From: Selaginella moellendorffii
Lineage: Eukaryota > Plantae > Lycopodiophyta
NCBI RefSeq assembly: GCF_000143415.4
Contig: NW_003314273.1
Span: forward strand, 2,480,719-2,544,718
Reading direction: 5' to 3'
DNA: 64,000 nucleotides
Part shown: positions 57,400 through 64,000 of the stretch, in pieces
Layout of the letters: each line of letters opens with the position of its first letter
Numbering within the stretch: the stretch's first letter is position 1
The notes under the pieces: generated by a model
Database searches by the model: none
What the model was told of the DNA's origin: nothing
Seen by the model: the letters and a program-made list of their open reading frames with translations, nothing else
Position numbers and translations under genes: made by a program

Positions 57400-59840
57400 G
57401 CATGTTTTGACAATTTGAGTTTTCCAGTAAGTTTTATATATGGTTTTAAAATTTGGCTATAGGTATTTTTATTAGTTCTATATAGTGGTTATGATTTACT
57501 GCTTCTGTCTATGTTTGTAGCATGGTCTTGAAATATGATTAACTTTATAAATCAGTTTTTGGAATGATTTATATTAATGTTTAAAAGCTAACCTTTAAAG
57601 AAGATTGTCCTAAAGTTAGGTACTTCATCCACTTGTGATCAACCCATCTGAAGTGGTGATGTATTTATTCTTCTTGAGTAAATATTAATAGTTGTATGGT
57701 CATAATCTTAGCAATACTGCAAGACCATAACTTTGAGCATCTTTGAAGTAGACAATCACTTACTTGGCATCTCTTATACAATCCTTCAAACTCAGTTGAA
57801 AACTTGCATAAAAACACAAATGCATTAATGAATTCAAATAAAATGGATTGAAGATGCCCTTTTGCAAGTGAACATTTATTGAATGGGGAATTCCCAAGTA
57901 AAGGAATCTCAAAAGAAGAATTAGTGTTTGAAGTTTGGAATACATAAGTGAAATGTTCTCCAATATAAAAAATATCCACTATAACTGGGCAATACTGATT
58001 TAATTCACAATCTTGAACCACCTCCAAAGCTAACTTACATCTTTTCTAGTGGGAATCATAGTGTGAGAGAATGAAAATTTCGATCAAAATGAGCTCAACT
58101 AGAATTATACAAATGTGATCAAATCCCATTTGACAAGGGTTTAAGATTTTCCATCCAATTTCAACATCTACTTGAGGTGATAAATGAGAATTTGGATAAA
58201 TGTACTGGTAAACCAAAATATAAACTTATTTATCTCAAGAGTTAAAAATCTAAAAGATAAATTTTACTAACAGTAATTTCCCAAAAAGAAAACTTAGATT
58301 TTGTTGTTGACAAAAATTAAGAATTTTTTTGTGATTTCCAAAAAAAATCTCTCCTAGAAATAGTATTATATATAAACCAAGTTTTTCTTTGAGTTATTTT
58401 CATCTTTGATAATTGTGTTTGATTATTATTTAAAAAATTTTAAGTGAATGTAAATTGCTTGATAAGGTGCAATCTTTGTGCTCATTGTTGTGGCAGAATT
58501 GATTCTAGCAACCCCAAAAATAGGCCACATGCTTAGAAATTTTATTTACACTAAGTTGGAATTTTAGTTTCTAACACTTATAAAGCACCAAAACTAGTTC
58601 TTTTACTTGTTTCTATAATTGTGAAGCTTGGACCTATAATTTAATTACAATGAGTCCATTTAAAATTAACACATCACTATATGATATTGTAAGTTGAACA
58701 AAATTAAAAGCTAAATCATTTTTCTTTTTCAACAAATGAACAAATCAATCAATTAACTTAAAAGAAATATAAATGTTATGATAAACTAATGTACTATATA
58801 CTATTCTTTCCCATGTTTTCTTTATAGTTTTTGAGTTTGTTGTGATATCATATAAATATTTGAATTCACTCTCTAAAGTTGCAACCCAATAATTACCAAA
58901 TTCTCCATAGTTAAAGTTGTTATAAAAAAAACATACCTTTATCCAAGTGAGTGTTCTACATGTGCTCCTCTCCATTTAACACTTCTAACTAGTTACAATA
59001 TTCACAAGCATGTTGAAGTGTTCTTAGTCATAAATCTTACTAACATTATAAAAAATATTAATAATAACCAATATAAACCTATAACACCTTTTTAGACTAT
59101 CATTTAGTAATCCAACCATGATATAGGGAGTATACCATTGAGCAAATACTTGATGCTCAATAGCTTGCTAATAATTAAGTGTTTGAATAATATACAAGAT
59201 TTAAGCATCTTACTAAATCAGAACTTGTTAATTATGTAGATGTGTTAAAGTTATTAAGTATTTATTTTTACTCTCCACCATAGCAAAAAGCTCATCATCA
59301 AATTTTTTATATCCATTTAATACACTTTTATGCATTAGCTCCACAACAAAAGAGAACACCAAATCAAGTTTAGACAAAAGCTTATTAAAAAATCCATTCA
59401 ATAATTTAACTCAAATCTACTTACCCATAACAATTAAGAAAGAGAGTAGTGTTCTATTATGAATATCAGTATCCCTCTAGATTTTCTTGAGATTTGTGAG
59501 TGAAAACCATTAAACAACCAAAACTTTATCTACTCTTTCCTCCTAATCTTGCATAGTTTTGAGTTGTTTTAGTTCCATCAAATTTAATAAAATATTTGAG
59601 TACTTCCAGTGTGACATTTGTAATGTAGACAACTTACTCTTCCCTTACTTAACATTTTCAATAGCTTGCATTATGTTGGATGGTTTGATCCAGAAATTAA
59701 GCATAAAATTAGTTGTTTAAACTCTTGTAGCCTTAGAAAACAAACATCCAACCCATATTTGACTTTCACACCATCTTTGAAAAGTTCTTCTAATTTGTAT
59801 AGTAGAAATTTTAGAAATGGGTCATGTTGACAAAATTTGT
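57400..59840 (-). mobile_element. Highly degenerate CACTA/EnSpm-like DNA transposase relic
   Basis: AT-rich with stop-riddled frames. DPFLKFLLYKLEELFKDGVKV and LISGSNHPT resemble Transposase_21 (d.yL.PL..eL..L...Gv; .D.Pa). Termini not found. Confidence 0.4.
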
Positions 59841-60023
59841 AGTCAGATTGGCTATTGTAAAAGTAAATCGGCAAAGATTCCGGCAAGTGTGGTTACTCAC
59901 TTACCACCTCTAGAGGTATACATATGGTTGACAAAATTTGGCCCATACCTCTAGAGGTGGTAAGTGAGTAACCACACTTGCCAGAATCTTTGCCGGTTTA
60001 CTTTTACAATAGCCAATCTGACT
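59841..60023. repeat. Near-perfect inverted repeat: 79-bp arms (59841-59919, 59945-60023) with a 25-nt loop
   Basis: The arms are reverse complements with only two mismatches, both transitions. Confidence 0.92.
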
Positions 60024-60200
60024 TGCGATGTCGTCCAATATCATTGAAAAGTGAGTAACCACACACAAACCACCACTAACCAACGAGTAACAGTGTAACG
60101 CTACAAGTTCCTGTAGTTTCTTAGGGATAGATCCACTCCATCTGTTTGGCTTAAATGCACTCGCCCACATCTCCCACACATTTTACCCTTAATCCAGCAA

Positions 60201-61934
60201 ATGGAAGGGAGATGGATCTTGAGCACTTGCATCGTCCTCTTCACTGCAGCGCTATGGCGATTCGTGACGGTCTACTGGTGGCGCCCCAGGGCGATCGCGG
60301 CGCAGCTGAAGAAGGAGGGCATTCAGGGGCTTCCATTCCGGTTCATGGTAGGCCAAATAGCTGAAATCCAGAACATGAGGCGCGCCATCAAGACATGGAA
60401 AGTTTCAGCCACGACATTTTCCATCGGGTACATCCTGCGTTGCTCAAATGGCGGAAGCAATATGGTATGTTATTGTCATCCCTGATGAATCTCAAAGCTT
60501 CGTTTCTGATGATCATGGTCCAGGAAAGAGATTTGTGTTCTGGTGGGGAACTGAACCAAGGATATCGGTCTCGGAGCCTGAGATCGTAAGGGAGGTTTTG
60601 TCTAAGAAGTTTTCTCAGTTTGATAAATCGGAGGGCGGGTTGCGGGTTGCGAACTTGTTCCTTGGTCGTGGATTGGTTTGTGTTACTGGAGAGGAATGGG
60701 GTCATCACCGCCGACTCGTAGCACCGGCATTCTTTCATGAACGTATTAAAGTGGGTATTCATACTATTATCTTCTGTTTCTGATTCTCCTGTACACAGCA
60801 AATGACCGGTACAATCGCAGGGTGCACATTTCGCATGCTTGATCAATGGGAAGCTACGAGGCAGCAGAATCCCGAGATTGAAATCTCTGGAGAAGTGCGC
60901 AAGCTCACAGGAGACGTTATCTCCCATACAGCATTTGGAACTAGCTATCTCGAAGGGCAGAGGGTTTTCGAGATATTGTCTAAGAAAATCCCAGAGCTAG
61001 TGCCCAAACTCATCAGCTTTTCGTGGATTCCAGGCTTCAGGTATGCTCGATCATCTATTGAACTGAATCATAATCACTTGCTACAGGTTTCTCCCACTTC
61101 CAATCAACCTCCAACTGTGGAAGCTTCATCAGGAGTTGGATTCTCTGATCACTGGGATCATAGACGAGCGTCGGAACTCAGTGAAGTCAGGGGGGAGCAA
61201 TACATACGGGAATGACTTACTCGGACTGATGCTAAAGGAGTGTGACAGCAGCAGTAATTTCACAAGCAGTAATCTGATAGAGGAATGCAAGACGTTCTAC
61301 ATTGCGGGCCATGAGACCACAGCCGCCCTACTAACCTGGACTTTGATGCTACTGGGAGGCTATCCTGAATGGCAAGAACGCGCCCGTGCTGAGGTACACG
61401 AAGTATGTGGCAATGAGATTCCTGATGGCGAGAGTGTCAGCAGGCTCAAGCTTGTAAGTCGATCAATATCTCCTAATTCCAAAACTTAACTTCTTGATTC
61501 TTGAACAGGTGGGAATGATCCTTTACGAAACTCTGCGGTTGTATCCACCAGTAGTCGAGATGACCAGGGAGTGTGTGGAGGAGTCTTGGCTGCAAGATTT
61601 ACACGTTCCAAAAGGAGTATCTGTATTGTTTCCAATCGTTGGATTGCATCAGGATAAGGAGCTCTGGGGAGAAGATGCAGGCCAATTCAATCCTGATCGC
61701 TTCAAAGATGGGATCTCAAGCGCGTGCAAGCATCCAAATGCTTTCATGCCGTTTTCGTTTGGGCCGCGGGTGTGCGTGGGCCAGTCGTTTGCGATGATCG
61801 AAGCCAAAGTCATTCTGGCTATGATACTACAGCGATTCTTGTTCCGGCTTTCACCGAACTACCGCCATAATCCTGCGATGAAGTTTGGCTTGAAGCCTAT
61901 CCATGGAGTGCCGCTTGTACTCTGTAAAATGTGA
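60201..61934 (+). pseudogene. Cytochrome P450, CYP72 clan, 5 exons, with one frameshift in exon 1 (~60390)
   Basis: WWRP...GIQGLPFRF, AGHETT, ETLRLYPP, PDRF and heme motif FSFGPRVCVG. The frame shifts between RRAI and DMESFSHDIFHRVHP. Confidence 0.8.
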
Positions 61935-63534
61935 TGCATGTTCGTGGCATTAGAAGTTTATAAAAGTTATGTTTGTTAAACTTCTCCGAGTTCTTGAACC
62001 AAACTGGTTGATAAATCATCTGCTCTTTCATAGTACCTCAGAAACGTTTAGAACCATCGCGATGGAGCCCGAGGTTCCAAGAGATCTGCATCTTTTCATC
62101 CACCACCGAGTGCTTCTTGAACGATCCAGAGCGAGACGCGGTTTGGTGTCAAGGGCGAGACGATCAAGTGCGAGATCAACTCATCTAGAACCCGTCCTCC
62201 TAACTCCTAAATCCGCCTCGAGCAGCGAGAATCTCGTCCAAAATGCCATGCTTATCAAATTCAAAGTAGAGTTTAAACTGTTTATAATACTGTTTTGATA
62301 TGGATACATATATTTTTCGAGCCATTGGATTGAAACAGCATAGTTTAGAATATAGCCATCAATCGGCATTATGGAATAGACAGGACTGCCATAGTGGATC
62401 ACATTCTAGTTTGGGCTTGCATTGCTTCACCAGCCACTGCACAATAGAAACTACCCCTGCAAAATCAGTGATCCACTCTGAATTGAAAGGAGATGGAAAA
62501 CATATATCTTAGATGTACCACCACCGCTAACACTGAATTTACCAACAGGAATCAACGTCCATCAATGACTTGTGATATGCATTACATATTTGCTCTAATA
62601 TATTAATTATAACATTTTGTACTTAGTGAAGGATATTAGTATTAGCCACAACCACACCATCAACATCCACTATAATATAGTTTGATGGAATACAAAATAA
62701 TTTAATATTAAAAACAAAGTACCATATGCAAAGTTGTCTAAATTTTTTAATTAATTATTTTACACATAAATATTAAATATAATAATGCAATGTTGCATTA
62801 ATATAAAAGATTAACTAATGTTAAATATAATTAAATATTTTCGGTCACTTAGTAATTAAATCACTTCAACATTTTGGATAAGTTTATTTTAAGTTTTCCA
62901 ATATTGTAAATGTAGTTACAAAATTAATTATGTCAAAAGTAAAGATGTTTATAATATTGCAACCTGAAAGTGTAAATCTTGACCTTTTTCTATGTAAAAA
63001 AGTCTTTGCAACCATATCCACTGTAGTATTTGAATATATAGATTCTTCATAAGTTGTGAATAAATCTTTGCTCAAAATCAATCAAGCTAACTTTTATGTG
63101 TGGAAACAGTTCATACAAACCAAGTATAATATCATTGCTATGTCTTCACTGAAGTATTGGGCCAAAAGTTTAAACATAAGGGTAATAAAAGTCCAAGAAT
63201 CAAGCATTATATCTTTTTGTTGCATTCGTATGTAATTTATGGGGTTATAGGCCTACTTATCCAAAAAAAATTATTTCTTTTTAATGTATTCTTTTACATT
63301 ATAACCTAATCTAAGTACATTCTAACCGTTAGGTCATAAAATATGCTAAAATATACCTAGAAGTGTTTCAACTGTACATTTAGAATATACCTGAATATTC
63401 TAGCATACTATTTATAACCCTGCCAGTGATCAGAATTCTTCTCATCCCTTCATCGTTTTTTCTTTCCTCAGTGCCGATCAGGGTAGGTGAGTGAGTGAGA
63501 GACTTAGACAAGATCTTAGTAGCATCACATCAAG

Positions 63535-63566
63535 AAGAAAGAGGAAGAAGAAGAAGAAGAAGAAGA
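63535..63566. repeat. (GAA)n microsatellite
   Basis: About 7-8 tandem GAA units. Confidence 0.8.
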
Positions 63567-63567
63567 C

Positions 63568-63680
63568 ATGGCTTCTCCAAGGCGATGCTCCATCCTCTTT
63601 AAATGAAGGCGTTTGCTGCCAGAGATCGATCTACTCACTCACACTGGAGGAGCTCCAGAATTCAATGCAGGACGAGTTCA
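63568..63680 (+). pseudogene. Fragment resembling the N-terminal C1 motif of group-A bZIP (ABI5/ABF/AREB)
   Basis: QRSIYSLTLEELQNSMQDEF compared with RQxSIYSLTLDEFQN...MDEF. It is out of frame with the ATG at 63568. Confidence 0.5.
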
Positions 63681-63729
63681 CTCCTTATGGTTACCTTTTA
63701 AGAATAGGTTAAGATCACTAGGGTTGCAA

Positions 63730-63975
63730 ATGAATCAAGAGATTGAGGAGGAAGTGTTGCAGCAGCTGCCGCTGTGCGATGTCTGGCGGATGAGAGCAGT
63801 GTGCAAACAGTGGCGGGAATTGATCGACTCCCCAGGGTTTGGCAAGCATTCCAGCAGCTGTTCCGGAAGAAATGCACAATACAGCACCCCTCACTCTTAC
63901 ATGGTTGCCCCTTTGCCACGCTCACTCCTTGCTTCCTCCGTGGCACGCTTAGTCACGCCCAGCTCTGCACCCTAA
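63730..63975 (+). pseudogene. Short F-box ORF (F-box domain only; truncated)
   Basis: MNQEIEEEVLQQLPLCDVWRMRAVCKQWRELIDSPGF is a canonical F-box; stop after ~80 aa. Confidence 0.65.
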
Positions 63976-64000
63976 ATGTTTAACGTTAAACTTTAATTAG

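Noticed and set aside
3509-61934. BAHD acyltransferase + P450 + hydrolase as a biosynthetic gene cluster
   Set aside because: They are more than 50 kb apart, separated by housekeeping genes, there is no scaffold-forming enzyme, and the P450 is frameshifted.
62000-62560. ORFs of 70-109 aa downstream of the P450
   Set aside because: No domain similarity and stops in alternative frames; a gene call cannot be supported.
1-64000. tRNA, rRNA or snoRNA genes
   Set aside because: None recognised by eye; tRNAscan-SE or Infernal would be needed to exclude them.

Overview
Gene-dense eukaryotic plant nuclear DNA. It has very short (~50-60 bp) GT-AG introns, GC-rich exons, AT-rich degenerate TE tracts and intronless PLS-type PPR genes. 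This combination most resembles a compact lycophyte genome such as Selaginella (inference). About 22 genes can be reconstructed: MSL2/3 3' end, EMC6, a BAHD acyltransferase, a DUF639 gene, SNI1, an LRR-malectin RLK, two PPRs, PRP22, CCX, RPL21, TDP1, CK2-beta, DDA1, an alpha/beta hydrolase and a CYP72-clan P450, among others. A degenerate Ty3/gypsy element with ~170-bp LTRs and a CACTA-like relic are also present. The central region is explained by a tandem segmental duplication (junction ~31770) plus an inverted duplication. In each duplicated pair of neighbouring genes, a different member survived in each copy (reciprocal loss). The most notable items missed by the ORF track are a spliced Chibby-like gene (13256-14092), a divergent MinE-like gene (53671-54315), a CK2-beta with a presequence-like first exon, and a near-perfect 79-bp-stem inverted repeat just upstream of a frameshifted P450. 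Family assignments come from recalled motifs; no database search was run.
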